A stretch of 60,846 nucleotides of DNA, counting the filler, from Diploschistes diacapsis (Eukaryota), in assembly GCA_023645945.1 (NCBI GenBank). It is 4 parts of 4 records of this genome, joined end to end, with 100 filler letters (N's around TTAATTAATTAA, not from the genome) between each part and the next. Parts side by side here need not be neighbours in the genome. Positions count along the whole stretch, not along the records: positions 1 to 15,176 come from JALAIB010000569.1; 3 more parts are not named here. One strand, given 5' to 3'. Positions 1 to 13,336 of this stretch are shown in pieces. A program made the translations under genes and the position numbers. The first letter of the stretch is position 1. The number at the start of each line of letters is the position of its first letter. The notes beneath the pieces were generated by a model, which saw only the letters and a program-made list of their open reading frames with translations, searched no databases and was not told where the DNA came from.

Positions 1-169
1 AATCCCTACACCTTCGTAAAATGTAGTTGAAAACAGATTTAGTTTCGTACAAATAATTTTATACGTGGTTGTGATGCTCAAAAGCTCGCTTAAAACCATC
101 TAGCGCATTTGCATTATAATGTAGTGAACCGCTTTGTGGGGGTGATCCGTTATGTGGTAGAACACGTTA
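1..169. mobile_element. Terminal fragment (TIR plus TA target site) of a pogo/Fot1-type DNA transposon
   Basis: The minus strand from 169 reads TA|ACGTGTTCTAC-CACATAACGGATCAC-CCC-CACAAAGCGGTTCAC. This is a TA site, an ACGT start and an internal imperfect direct repeat, the same layout as the TIR at 14179. Confidence 0.6.
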
Positions 170-658
170 AGTTACACAAAACACCAAACAGGGCCTTATT
201 AGTAACAGTATATTTCCGTATCCTTTAACTCGTACTGTATCTGTGTATGGCCGTGTATCCATCACAACATTCCCACCAGCTGTTTTCTTGCCCCCTGGAC
301 ATGAAAATGAAGTTGCCTCGAGCCGCACATTAAAAGCTTGGTAATCTACTTTAGTCGGCGACGACGATAGTGATGGACGCATGCGATCCTTGATCCTGGC
401 GGGAGCTAGGAAAACTTTTTGGGAAAGCTGATAGTGGCTGGCGGGCGATATTAACTGGAGTTTAAGAGATGGTCTACAGGCATCAGAGATGACTGAACAT
501 GGTTTTCTGGAACATATAGCCTTGTGCAGTGAGCCCAAAGTCGCAGCTTCTTGATAGCTTCATCCAGTTCATCCCAGTCCTGTTGACTACCCGTTTTCCT
601 AGATAGGACCTCACTCTTATCACCTCTTCCTAGGCATCCGCGTCGATTCCCTACCATC

Positions 659-2863
659 ACGGTGAATGCCAAAGCTGCTAGTCGCCCGGAAATCGCCATC
701 GTCGGGTCTGGATGTCGCTTCCTCGGCCATGCAAACTCGCCATCCAAGCTTTGGAACCTCGTTTGTGATCCCTAGCAGCTGGCGGAGACCATTCCGCTTG
801 ACCGTTTCAGCGTGGACGGCTTCTACTCGGAGAGCGGGCAGTACAACGGCCACTTCAACGTCAAAGAGGCATGCTTTCTGGCCGGAGAACGGAGTACACT
901 GTGGCTTTGATGCCCCCTTCTTCGCCATGAATCCCGCCGAGGCTATGTGCTTGGACCCACAATGCTCTCTTCTTTTGGAGACGGTGTATGAAGCTTTGGA
1001 AGAAGCCGGCTTGACAATCGACAGCCTTCAGGGCTCCGACACGACCGTCTATACCGAGCAGATGGTTGCAGACTATGATCAGATCATGATGTGCGATAGT
1101 GACAACAGCTTGAGTACCTACCATGCTTCCGGAACGTCGCACGCAATCCTCTCCACCAGAATTTCTTACTTTTTCGACTGGCATGGCCCCTCGATGACTA
1201 TCGATACGGCATGCAGTTCCAGTTTGGTTGCCGTCCACCGGGCTGCCCAGCAACTGCGTACGGGGCACTTCCGAGTCCCCACGCCGCCGGTGCTAATCTG
1301 CTGTTGGACCCCAAGTGCTTCATTTCCTTGAGTTCCCTAAATATGCTCTCTCCAGATGGTCGTTCGCGCATGTGGGACGCCGAGGCGAAGAGAATGCCTG
1401 GGGCGAGGGCATTGCAGCTGTAGTATTAAAAACGCTGGATGCCGCCCTCGAAGATGGCGATGACATCGAATGTATCATCAGAGAAACTGGATTTGCCCAA
1501 GACGGCAAGACACAGGGCATCACTTCGTAATAGTCACCCGTCCTGTATTTTCCCTTATAAACGTCCATAACCTGGGCCTTTCAGGCCGAACTACGCAGCG
1601 CAAGCACAACTCATCCGTGGCTGCTATTCAAGGGCTGGCCTGGACTTGGCAAACCCCGCCCATCGCCCTCAATTTTTGAATGCCATGGGACTGGTACACT
1701 CGCCGGCGATGCAGCCGAGGCTGAGGCTATCAACTCCGCTTTTTTCCCGGACACTGTCAACGCAGGAACGAATACCAGTGGCGAGTTGCAGTGGCTCGTG
1801 GTAGGCAGTATGAAGTCCATCATCGGCCACACGGAGGGGACAGCTGGCCTTGCAGAAATCCTCAAGGCCTCATTAGCGTTGAAACACGCCATCCTCCCGC
1901 CAAAGCTTTTGTTCAATCGTCTCAACACACGCATCGAACCGTTTTACAAGAATTTGAAGCTCCCGGTGAAAGCAGCCTCCTGGTCATCCGCCCTACATGG
2001 CGGTCCGCGTAAAGCCTGCGTAAACAGGTGAGTTCTGCGGCGACCGTAGCTCTTCCCTGCACCTCCTTGTTTAATGTGATGAGATATCTGATAGTCCGAT
2101 TGTCTGGCTTCGGTTTCGGTGGGGCCAATGTCCATGCCGTTCTCGAAAGCTCCGAACCGGATAGTGTGGCACCCCGCTAACGACATTGATTCAAGCCCTA
2201 GCGTTTCGAACGCAAAGAACACGAAAAGGGGCGAGTTCGTGTTCCGTCCCGTCTCCGTTGCTGCGTATCCGCCGCCATCCGTAGTTTCGTCCCCGGAAAT
2301 CGCCCGAACGGCCCACGGCTACGTCGCCACGAAGTGGGCCAGCGAGGTTTTTCCTCGAGTACCTACAAGAGCGCTATTTGGAATGGCCGATCGCCATCCA
2401 CAGACCCAGCCTTATCGTGCAGCAGGCCCCGCATGCCGGCACCGCAAGGCTCGAGTTCGTGGAGAACCTGCGCCAGTACTTGTCCTTCCTGCGCGCTGTT
2501 CTTGCGGCACCTGCCCTGACGGACAAGCGGGTGACCGTCAGCGGTGCGTTCGACGCGGTCCCGCTCGGCGACGTGGCGAGGGAGATGGCGGATTCGTTAA
2601 GGAGCCCTACGGATATCCGTAGGGAAAGGGCGGTGGAGAGTGTTCGATTCTTCCACCATATCGGCGGCGTGGAGCTCCCACTGGACGATATTCGGGCCTT
2701 GGTGGCGGAAAAGGAGCATGGAGATGACGATATTCGGGAGATCGGCGCAGAAGAGTGGGCGCGGAAGGCGGGCGAACTGGGGATGCATCCAATCATGGTG
2801 GTGCTGTTCGAGAGCCTGGTGGCCACGGAAGGGCGGCTGGTGTTTCCACGCCTGGCGAAGTGA
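659..2863 (+). pseudogene. PKS-NRPS hybrid remnant: disrupted KS domain joined to the C-terminal end of the terminal reductase (R) domain
   Basis: KS motifs: [47 protein letters not shown]. Within about 150 nt these are followed by VSVAAYPPP..GYVATKWASEVF(LE)..WPIAIHRPSLI..LVFPRLAK*. Lesions: in-frame TAG at 773-775, frameshifts near 890, 1280, 1395 and 2350, and ACG at the expected start (659). Confidence 0.9.
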
Positions 2864-4761
2864 GGGATTCTTGCGTGATGGCGTGTGGACAGGCTAATCT
2901 TGATCTGTGAGACAAGGATAATGGAGTCGTTCCCGGTTGTGAAGATGTTTCTCGTTGGGCGTTGTGACGCTTCGTGCAGCAGCGAAGCAAGCTGATCCTC
3001 ACAGCTCGGCGCACAATGGCAAAAGCCGATTCGAGATAGGATTCCACCATTAACCGATGGACGTTCGGTCGTCCGTCCGAGGCATTGTTCCACCGCCGAT
3101 CAAGCACTTCATACCCGCTGGTTTCGGGTCCCGGTATTACGGATGAAGGAGGCAGTCAAGATGCTACCTTGGAGCCGTTTAGTAATACCATTCAAAACTT
3201 ACAGCTTCTTTGTGCTTCGTACTGGCCTGGAGATAGAAGTGATTTGATTATCGGTAAAGTGACTACAGAGCTTTACTTCTGTTTGGACGGCAAACCCTTC
3301 TCGCTTACTTGGTCGACGTCGCTTCGGAGTTGCGTTCGGGATATAGCAATCATCATTTATCCTACTTTTTAGGAAGATAGAGTATTGCATATTTGATCAT
3401 GACCTTGGGTGGTAAAAATTTCGAAAGCAAAGCCCCATAAATCTTAAGAATAGAAACTCACCGCGAACACCTCAATCTTGTGATTTGGTATAGTTTCAGA
3501 TGCTCATGCTGAAGATTTCGCACATTCCCTCACTCCCTGCTTTCCTATCTGCTTATCACTCGAAGCAAGAATGGCATTGAAGTAGACTCTAGTTGCTGTT
3601 CTATTGGGGTATCACCGCTTTGCGCAACGGCTCTTAGGCTAAGGAAGAGGGGATGCAACTGTTTGCGATGATGTTCTCCTTTTCCTTTGGCTTGACTTGG
3701 TCCTTTCACTCTGCTGCCCCTGGATACACAGTGACTCTTTCCACCGGACACTCGTCCCGGCCTCACTGACTGCTGGGCCGTCACAGTCATCTTCCAACAA
3801 AAGCGAGCGTAACGGTCAAGCAGCTAGGAAAAGCACGCTCAGGATATCAAAAACAACCTAGAATCATACAGGTCATCACTAACCGGCAAATGCCGATGTA
3901 AGAACAGATGGATTGAGGTGTTGATCCTGTGCCTATTCCTCAGCAAAGGTTTGGCTCTACATGCATGTCTCTCCCCAAGTAGGGAGTGTACTGCAGAGTC
4001 TCCGGGGTTGGTAGCAGAAGTGATCCATGCAGAGCGATGTTTGATAGTTGGACATGATGCAAGCTGTCAACTGGCTGACACATATATCGCAGATGGAAGA
4101 GTAAGGCTACGTGGTACAGTATGCTAAGCCCCCGTTCGAAGTCCTAAAAGTGATCTAAGAAACAACACTCTTCATTGCCTTTCAAGGCAGGTTAAATGTT
4201 CAGTCGACCGCATACCACAAAACGCTACAGTTTCGTTCAAGCGAGGGGCCCCCTGCATGCTCAATTGTACCTTTCCGGAGTCCATACTGTACACATGCTC
4301 TTCCATGCTTCGGAGTCTGGTTCGAAGTCGAGCCATTCAAAAGTTGTGTGGTGTCCAGCCAGGTCTTTTGCAGCCCCTCAGTCTCGAGTCGAAAGTCGAT
4401 TCACGGGCAGATGAGCGATAAGCTAATGCATGGTCAAGAAATACTACTTCTGCAATGAGGAAGCGATGTCTGACTAAAGCCAAATCTAGGGATGAGCTCC
4501 ACAAGGCGATATCAGGAAGAAAGTCGTCGATTGGTTCTAAAAAGGCTAGGCTTGCAGGTAATGGATCGCACGTTCCTCGATCCCCGAAGATTTATCAAGT
4601 CCCTAGGTAGAGTGTAATACGGGGAGGAAGATCTTGCGAGGTTGGAGCTGCCTTCAATTTCTAGAAGGTAAGCACAGATAAGCAACGATCAGTCGGGAGA
4701 AAGCACTTTGTAGTTTGCAATGTTGTGGTATAAAGATAGCGCATGATCAGCAACAGTAACG

Positions 4762-6532
4762 TTGCTTAGTGTGGTGGATAGATTGACTGGCGCTAACCAG
4801 CATCGTTCATGGACACTACTCGAGATTCGAGAACAGAGGGCAGCGATTAGCGGAATACTGTACGACCAGAAGCGATGGAATCATTTCAAGTTCCTATTGC
4901 AACCTAACTTGACTTTCGTGGGGTCTATGCGCTGGCGCATGCGAGGCTCGGATTCGCGCTCTTTACCAAGAACGGATACATACGAATCGCTCGCAGCTTA
5001 CTGGCCAATGAACGAAAGCCTCTTTCTCAAACTCTCAAGCACTGCTCGATCACGATATGTTATGCGCGGTTGCTGAGAATAACAGTCAAGGTTCTGCTCA
5101 TTTCATCTTCCTCGCAGGTCTTATCCCGCTGCGGCACTGGCTGTCTTGTGTATTCACAAAGTCCTCCCGTCGCGGTTCTTTCCCCCTTTGGTGAAGGCGA
5201 CCGAGGACCAATGTTACTGGGGTTGGAAGAGCCGAATGTGGCCTTTTTTCCAAGTGGCGAGCTTTGCGAGAAATGTGGGAACGCCTCCAAGTCAGATGAG
5301 GGGGGAAATGCATTTCTTATCTAGTGCCCGATTCGGTGCCTTCTTTTGCGCGAGTGAAGAGAAAGACACGGCCTTGCTCGTTCGTGCTCGGCAGCGCCTT
5401 AACCAGTGGTGGGATTGCGTCCAATATAAGATGGCAGGAATGGACAGCCTTTCATGTCCCGAACGGGTCATCATTCCTTTGCCAGCGGTCACGACTTTAT
5501 AATACTTTAATGAGCGCTCAGCTGATCATGTTTGATCCAAAGCTACTGCCGCTTTCTGCTTCCGTTTAGGAATAAATACACTAGACGTCGCAACAGTCAT
5601 GACCGCTCTGGAAAATGAAATGGAGAACTATCGCCGCGTCCTCGAGAATCTTGTACGACAAGTCGAAGAGAAGGAAGATGCCCGTCGAGAGGTGGTTCGG
5701 GGTAGACCCCGCACCAGTTCGTTGTGCCTAGACGACAAGATCGAGAGGCTGGGGAACCACATACGAGCACTATCGCGAGCAACCAAGGACAACCCAGAGG
5801 CACATAGCAAGTTGCTGAATTTTATGCAACGGACAACGACCGTCGTCGAGTACGATGCAGCTGGAGGAGAGAAGATGCCGCGCAAATCTGGTAGATTCTT
5901 TATGTCATTCCATGAAGCGCCAGTTGCTGATAGTATCGACAGGTCACGTCACCAAAGCCGGCAGCAGACCAACCAACGGCAAGCGCTATAACCTGCGAAA
6001 ACGGCTTTCAAAGTCGCATAAGCGGACGGGCTCGTACTGAGCTGAACGGACGTGTACACTCGCAAATGACAGACCTCAATCGATAGGCAGGCCGCATACA
6101 TGCCATGCAAGCGAGTACGTGCAACACAGACTACTGCTAATCGCCGCAAACTTCCGAGGGGAGCTACTATGGACTCTGACACCGGCACTGAGCCTCTTGC
6201 AGGGGGACATCAAGCGATATGTATTCCTCAAAGCACAACGTAGCACACGCGATGTGCAAGCCTCCAAACCAAGCCCTTACGCCTGGAAACCTCCAACGAA
6301 GTCGGAGAGTCCGGTGGTTGCCACAGACCTCCTGGAATCACAGCTCACGAGATACCACGCTATGAACCGTTCCGCCAAACCTCTGGAGGACCCAGCATCC
6401 ACGAGCGAATCAAGAAACCAATGTCCGCTGAAGATAGAATTGGATGTGGAGTCAGTACAGAATCATGGACAGACGGAAATCGAGCCTAAGGCGCTTTTCC
6501 TTGATCAAGAATTCATTTGCGCTCCGGGTTAG
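4762..6532 (+). other. Co-oriented short ORF fragments; possibly a decayed or orphan gene
   Basis: Successive + strand ORFs in different frames (4762, 5146, 5599, 6119). 5599-5991 looks coiled-coil-like (MTALENEMENYRRVLENLVRQVEE). No family recognised. Confidence 0.25.
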
Positions 6533-6997
6533 GAAGGGGAAGGAGATTAGCATAACGAGTACAACTTCACGAGACCCGGAATTAAACTACCTAGGTAGAT
6601 ATGTAGACAAAAAGCCATAGGATTATGATACATGGTATACGACAGTAATAGTAATAACTCGGTCATCTGCCGTACCCAGACCGACGGGGAAGTTATCCGA
6701 GAGATATGCGTGGGACATGATATTTAGGTATCAATATTTCCATAGAAAAAAACATGGCTGTCATCTGCCACGTTTTGAGCAAGGAAGGTGTTTGACATAG
6801 AGGCAGATAGATAGGGACGGAGGTGGGCATCTCGTACGGACATATCGTATCATCGTAAAAAGGGGGCTAGTTCCCCCCTGTACGAGCCTCCCACATGTTC
6901 AAACACGTTGCTAACTTGCTACCAAGTATCACGGACTTCGTAAAGGAAGCACCTGTCGAATCGCACATGAAAGTCAATACTTCATACCTTCGTATCA

Positions 6998-8820
6998 GTG
7001 CCGTTCTACCTCCTGCCTACTGTACGTGAAAAGACAAATGACATATGCAGCGAGTTTGTAAATAGGCCCTTGATGCTGGCTATTGATCGGATTACGCGTC
7101 AAGTCTCCTCAAGTAATGTTTCAAGCAGCGTTGGTGTTGATGCGAGAAGTTCTTTCGGCCATGGAACAGAGCCTTCAGGCGAAGAAAAGATGAATCTGTG
7201 GACTCGGATCGAAGCCACGGGATCGCAGTATGGCGAGTCCAGCGATAGCGGTACTCTCCTACCATCTCTGTCAATAATCAAGAACCGCCGGCGTACCTCA
7301 TGGAACAAGAAAATACTGTGAGGATGATATGTACCAGATTTTCATCTTGACCGGGAGAGCGCAACTTCCAAACCAAAACCCTCAGCCAAGTTCATCCTCA
7401 TTACTCTGACCGCCTACCCTTAAGGTTGCACTCAGGCTTTCACGCCAATTTACTTTGGCTGTCATTACAGCGTCCAGCTTGCCGAGCAAATTTTCGGCCT
7501 TGTCAAAGACCTAATCCCCTGATTACTATCGAAATGTCCCCGATGCGCCCAATACAACGAGAATCGATGCGGAATCCCATTGATAGCGAGCCTGAAGGCC
7601 TACCACAGTATCGTATGGTACGACTCGAAGTTAAGACTGCGGAAGTAGGACCAAATCCCCTCGAGGTATAGTAATGCTTCATTGGTGCGGGATTTCTATC
7701 GCTAACGACTAATAAAGCAGCAGACGCAACACCGGCCTCGCCCAAAGGACCGGAACACCTGGAGACCAGCTCCTTCTCGATTTGCAAGAGTACACGGCTC
7801 CCAGTACCCAATTGAACGTTTGTTGGAGCCGTCGGAAGAGGGCAGAAGAGCTTCAGGGACAGGAACTGTCGATCCAATAGCTTTCCAAATCGCTCGAGCG
7901 CTGGCTCAGTCATAGGGCAACAACGAGATCCGAATCCGAACCAGGGCGCTGGGAAGGGGGACTTGCCTGTGATGCCACCAGAATCCAACCGCAAGGCCCT
8001 CTCGACAGCAAGCAAGACGTCTTGGCCTAAAAACGCTGTTAGCGTTTCTGCGGCCTCAAAGCTCTCCACCTTGGACAGAGTCGCGGTAGAGAACCCCCTG
8101 TACCGAATATGCCCTGTACGAGTATACTACATGGCGTCCCTCCCAGCGCCTTGGCATCAAGCGTCAAAGCGTCAAGTTATTCAACAGAGTCTCGCATGCC
8201 TTTCAGCGTGCTGTCGAGAAGTTAAACTTCGCTCAGCCGAGCCACCTGCTCGGCGTATACCACTTCCCGGCCTAACTAGTCTATCTATCCGGCTTCGAAA
8301 TCTCGAAATCCAAAGGAAGGCTGCCAGTTGTCGTTAAGAGGGGCTACGAGGAGACGCGCCAGCGCTCTAAGGGGCCCGAGGATATAGGATGATAAGTTGT
8401 CCAAAGGGGGCTTCGTTTTTCTTCTCCCCACGGAAGTCTAGACGACGCTCGCCTGCTCATTCAGAACAATGAGGTGCGCGCCGCGACCACCACGCGGACA
8501 CGCAACCTGCCCCCCGTGAGTTTTATCCAGAAAGGAAACCGCATCTTAATCCGCCCAGCTGCGGGAGAGGACTCCTGGAATACATCAAACAGCTTTTTGA
8601 TCACGAATGGGTTGTGGCCAGGAGCACCCCGGAATGCATCGTGGAAGACATTTTTTCAAAAATCGGTATCTTTGGTTCCGCAGACCCGGAGCGGCTGGCA
8701 GAGAAAGTTTGGCCCGTCGCTCCGTGAGATTGGACATGCCAGTATCTTGGGAAGCAACTGAAAGCAACTGGAAGCAGCTGGAAGGAAGTGTAAACGTTAT
8801 GGATGGAGTTCCCCTGTGAG
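6998..8820 (+). other. Fragmented Ser/Pro/Arg-rich reading frame; possibly a decayed gene
   Basis: ORFs 7426-7671 and 7963-8337 share a frame interrupted by a few stops, flanked by 6998-7321 and 8474-8761 in another frame. No recognisable domain. Confidence 0.2.
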
Positions 8821-9444
8821 GAACTCTGATACTGTGTCACGCTGATAGACGTGCTCCTTCGTCTCGTAACAGGCGATAGCAGATTTTATTACTGCCAGTC
8901 ACTCGGGATGGATGTTGAAAATCAATTTTGGAGTGCAGAAGCTTGCTGTGCACTTCACGAACCCATCACGATTGAGAACAGAGTTTAATACTACACTTAT
9001 AAGTTGAGAGTTTGTTAAAGTACTAATTGACACGATCTACTAAAATTCGTATATGGAGGGAACGAAAAGCCTACGCAACTGCCATTAAAGCCAGTAGTCC
9101 AAAAAGCCCTTTGGGAAGCACGTAGCCGGTCAAGCTACTTACAACGCCCAATGCACATAAGTTTCAAGTCGCTTCGGGTCTCACAGTCCGGGAATCGGGG
9201 CTTTGAGACTGGAATGTGCTGTCGGTGAGCCCTCAAAAGCCTTCAGTCGTCAAGGATGCTAGTAGGTCCACACGTAGTCTGGGTACCTTGAGTTGCCCAT
9301 AATGGATGGCTCAGAGCTGTACTACATGCTGGCCCGGAACGTAATCGCCAATGCCAACAGTATGTATATACCACCCAATATGCTGAGCTTACAGGTAGGC
9401 GTAGTTGTACCATAAGTCAAACCGCCGGAGCCTATCCGACTGGC

Positions 9445-11488
9445 TTATCTAAACATCTTGAGGTAGTCTGGTTCTGCGTTATCCCTAGCAGGAGGGCCAA
9501 GAATGGCGTCAACGTCGCTTTGTGAAATAACAGCACCGGAACCAGAGCATTTGGCTTTGGCTTTGAGTTGGGTACACAGGTCGTCCATGTCTGCCTCGCC
9601 CATCTGGACCTTCCGAGAGCGTTGGACTCGATCCCTATCGGGTGTGTTAGCGCTGCGAATAACATAAGGCTGGCCGTAAGTGTCGCTTACCATAGAAGGT
9701 TACATGTAAGGAACTGCTGCCTCTCTTTTCCAGGCACTACTTCGGGCTCCTTGCCAGCTTGTTGGTCTTCGATTTGCTGCATAAGGTCTTTCTTCTTGGG
9801 TAGCCGGGTGTCGAGCGGTTGCGTCCGAGGCTGGTTCATCGGGCTCGAAAACTCATTTAGCGAAGGGAATGCGTCATTGAAGAAGTTGAACTCGTTGTTC
9901 ATGACGTTGTCTTGAGGTTCACGGTAGTCTGCAAACAGTATCGGATCAAAGACACCTCCGTTCTGGTTGGCGAGCCAATCAAGCCCACTGAGGTCCACAT
10001 TTGAATCCTGAGACTCGGAAGTCAAGGCTGGAGTTAAAGCTGGAACTTCGTTAGAAGAGTCGGTCATCACCAGTGGCACCGGGTTCTGGGTGTTCCCACA
10101 AGCCGTTTGAAAATCCTTGCAGAAAGCCCCCTGAGATTCAAACTTGCCGTCATTCGCTGCACCGCTGACGCTTGCACGGGCGTCCGTTCTCTGATCGGGA
10201 GTTCGGCATGTAACCTCTGGGGTTGTTGCGCAGGATGAAGTTAATCCAGAGTTGAAGCCCGACGATGCCGGCGAAGCACTGTTCGAATCAACCGAGTTGC
10301 GGGGCATGACACCCGCACTCGGTCTGCCATTCTTTTGCCTAGAAGATTGTTTTCTTTGCGGATTTGGGGGTAGGCGCTCGGAGGACTGACTCCTGTTTTC
10401 CGCATCCGACAGCACGTCAGCTGTGAAGAGGTTGCTGAGGTCTGCAGTGGACTGGCTGTTGCTACGGTGTGAACTGATCGAAACTGGGCTAGCAAGGGTG
10501 CCGTTGCCGTCATGTTTGGAAAAAGTGTTTGCAGACACGGACCCATACCTGCCATTGTTGACGGTACCAAATTTTGGAAACTCGAAGTTGAAGTTATTGT
10601 TGATATCCCAATTAGCTCTGGAAGAGAATGGTTGACCAACGCCTCCGAGCGTGGGTGAGCTCCCGTTCGTGTTTGCAGTAACGGACAAACGCTTTCGATA
10701 TTCTTTAAGCTCCATCTGGAGTCGATCAACCTGCGCTCGCAAGAGGCTGTTCTCATGGTTCGCCGATTCCGATGCTTTTTCAAGTTCTTCCACTTTCACC
10801 TCAAGATCTTTCAAGTGCTTTTCTTTACGCTCACGGAAGGCACGCTGCGCCGCTCGGTTCTGAGCCTTGCGTTTCTGCATCATCGAATCAGTATTCTGAC
10901 ATTGAGAACCCAACAGGTGGGGGAGCTAACGGTAGTAGGTTCAGACGTCAGAGGTTTGCGGCCCGGCCTTTGTGTCTGCTTCTTGCCATTCTTAGGGTCG
11001 GTCTCGTGTCTCTTACCTCCTCCATCATCTTCATCAGGATCATCGGAAGTTTTTCGCTTATCTCCCGTCTCTTCGTCATCGTTGTCCGGACTCGTTTGCT
11101 TCTCAGCTTCGTCCTCTTCTTCCGAGTCAGCAGAATCCTTCATCCCGGCGCTTGATTCAAAGACTCCACCATCTAAGTGCTCTGGAAGAGCTCTTAGGTT
11201 CCAATCCCATACGCCTTCAGAGGTATCGAAATCCAGATATGGATTACCCTCCAGCGCAGCATTGCCATGTGATGGTGTAGAGGCGGAAACTTGCTTTTCG
11301 TGGTTTGGTGGCCTATAGCTTGAGGAAGATTGTAGTGGAAAGCTGGTCAGATCATCAGAAGTAACGATAGAAGAGGCCTGTTCTGGTTTGTTAGAATCAA
11401 GCGCCGCTATCAGTAGGTCGGTCTCGTTTGAATTCAAGTAGAGGTCTTCGGCGCTGAAGTCAAAGTTATTGAACTGAGAGCTGGCCAT
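9445..11488 (-). CDS. yap1: AP-1-like bZIP oxidative-stress transcription factor (Yap1/NapA/Pap1), 3 exons
   Basis: RKPLTSEPTT|KRKAQNRAAQRAFRERKEKHLKDLE bZIP; n-CRD (SSCATTPE, FCKDFQTACG); c-CRD (TCNLLW..DDLCTQLKAKAKCS). GT-AG introns at 10930-10875 and 9690-9635. Confidence 0.95.
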
Positions 11489-12348
11489 AGTATGTGAAGT
11501 TTGGTAAAGCGATCGGATGCACAGGAGGATAGATGCACAAGAGTAATTGCGGTGTAGAGGACAAGCCTTTATTTAGTCGCAGCCCCGCAATTAGAGGGAG
11601 AAACTGTACCCTCCCTTATGATGGCGTGTAATCGCTGCTACCGTAATGACGATAGTTGAACTAATCGTGAGTTCGTTGACGATGATACAACGACGATATG
11701 CAATGTGAACTGCAAAGAAGAACAAGTAACTGGTGAGCTGGTGAGCTGGTGAAAGCCTGAGGCAGCAGAAATAAGGACCCTGAACGGGGACGCAGCGTTG
11801 CAACTCCGTCGACGGTCAAGCCCAGGCACAGCGAAAAGTCCACAAGCACATCATTCATCAGGAACTACTAGAATAACTACTGGGCCAAGTTCTAAGCCGA
11901 AGAGTCATACGAATATCTTGCCCACTTTTACTCTCTAGTGATCCGGCCGACAAGTGCTGACCAGCTTATAAATCCAGAATGCGGGCATAAAGCAGCAAGT
12001 TCTTGTATAGCGTAGCAGGCCCACCTTAATAGGAATGAAACGAGTTTGAAACGCATAAAAGCAGCGGAATAATATGATGGAGACAGGAATAGCGCCATTT
12101 CCCGGATCACCTGATCTCCATAGCCCCGTCAATAACCTTAACGCCGGAGAAAGCCGCACGAAGTATAGTAGATAACTGCCACATCAGGACCCAGCACAGA
12201 AGAAAACAAAAAAAGGCTCTTCCAATCTCAGAGCTGTTTTATCATTGTTCCAATATCGCACTACCCATTGGAAGCAGTTTACGGGGATACAACCCTCTTT
12301 CTCTGCAATAACCCCACATATTACTGCCTGCCTTTCTCGCCGAAGACC

Positions 12349-13336
12349 ATGAGCTCCGACATTGCGGGCTTGCAGGCTGAGATTAAAGATTATAAGCTTC
12401 AGGTAAGCGCCCTTGCTTTTCTTCCGGCTTCACTTGGTTAACGTCAGGTCTCAGCTCGAAAGCCTTCAACCTGGCCTGCAAGCCGATCCAGAGAACGCCG
12501 AATTACTAAACCTCAAGGCCGAACTAGAAGAGTTGATCTCCATCCTCGAAGGGAATCTCGCAGAGCTAAAGCCTGCAGCAGCTCCTGCACCATTCAAGAA
12601 GCCGTCTCCACCACCAGTCAAGGAAAAATGGTCCAAAGAAAACCATCCAGCATACCAAGCCGGCTATCGCAAGCCTACTATACTACCGGAGGAGCCCGAG
12701 AAGAACACTGTCTTTCAGGTCAATGATACAGTCCTTGCGAAATGGAAGTCGGGTGACAAGGGAATGTATCCTGCAAAAATCACCTCGATAACAGGCTCCT
12801 CCAGCAAGCCCATCTACATTGTCCGCTTCAAAGCTGGCGGCGACCCGGAGACTGTATTCTCGCACGAGCTGAAACCAATGGCCCACGAGTCTAAGAAGCG
12901 CAAGGCTGATGGTACGCCAGGCACACCTTTGACCCCCAGCGCGCCCGTCAATCCAAGCATCATCTCCGCAGCTGCGAGCATTGATCCAACACTTGCCAGC
13001 CAGGCAAAGAAGGAACCGAGCAAAGTCAGCGATGGGCCAACTAGACCAGCCAAAGTGCCGCGCAAAGTCAAGGCCAATAAAGAGTTGGAAGCCGGAAAGA
13101 ATAAATGGCAGGACTTTACTGCGAAAGGCAAGGTGGGCAAGTCCACCAAGAAGGATAGCATGTTCCGTACGGGGGACGGTGTCAATGCGAGAGGTATTGC
13201 GCCTTTTCACCCTCACGATGGATGATCTACTGACAAACATCCAGTTGGATTTACTGGCTCGGGTCAGGCTATGCGCAAGGACCCGACAAGATCGCGTCAT
13301 ATCTACCAATCGGGAGCTGACGACGAGGGCTATTGA
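12349..13336 (+). CDS. spf30: Tudor-domain splicing factor SPF30/SMNDC1, 3 exons
   Basis: MSSDIAGLQAEIKDYKLQ|LESLQ..DPENAELLNLKAELEELI; Tudor (VNDTVLAKWKSGDKGMYPAKITSITG); C-terminal KNKWQDF..KKDSMFRT..VGFTGSG. Introns at 12403-12454 and 13194-13244. Confidence 0.9.

Noticed and set aside
451..747. Minus-strand ORF containing DWDELDEAIKK, faintly like TPR/CHAT repeats
   Set aside because: The match is too short, overlaps the antisense of the KS start, and has no supporting context.
11591..11858. Upstream ORFs in the yap1 leader
   Set aside because: The transcription start is unknown and the ATGs near 11850 may lie outside the transcript; not supportable from sequence alone.
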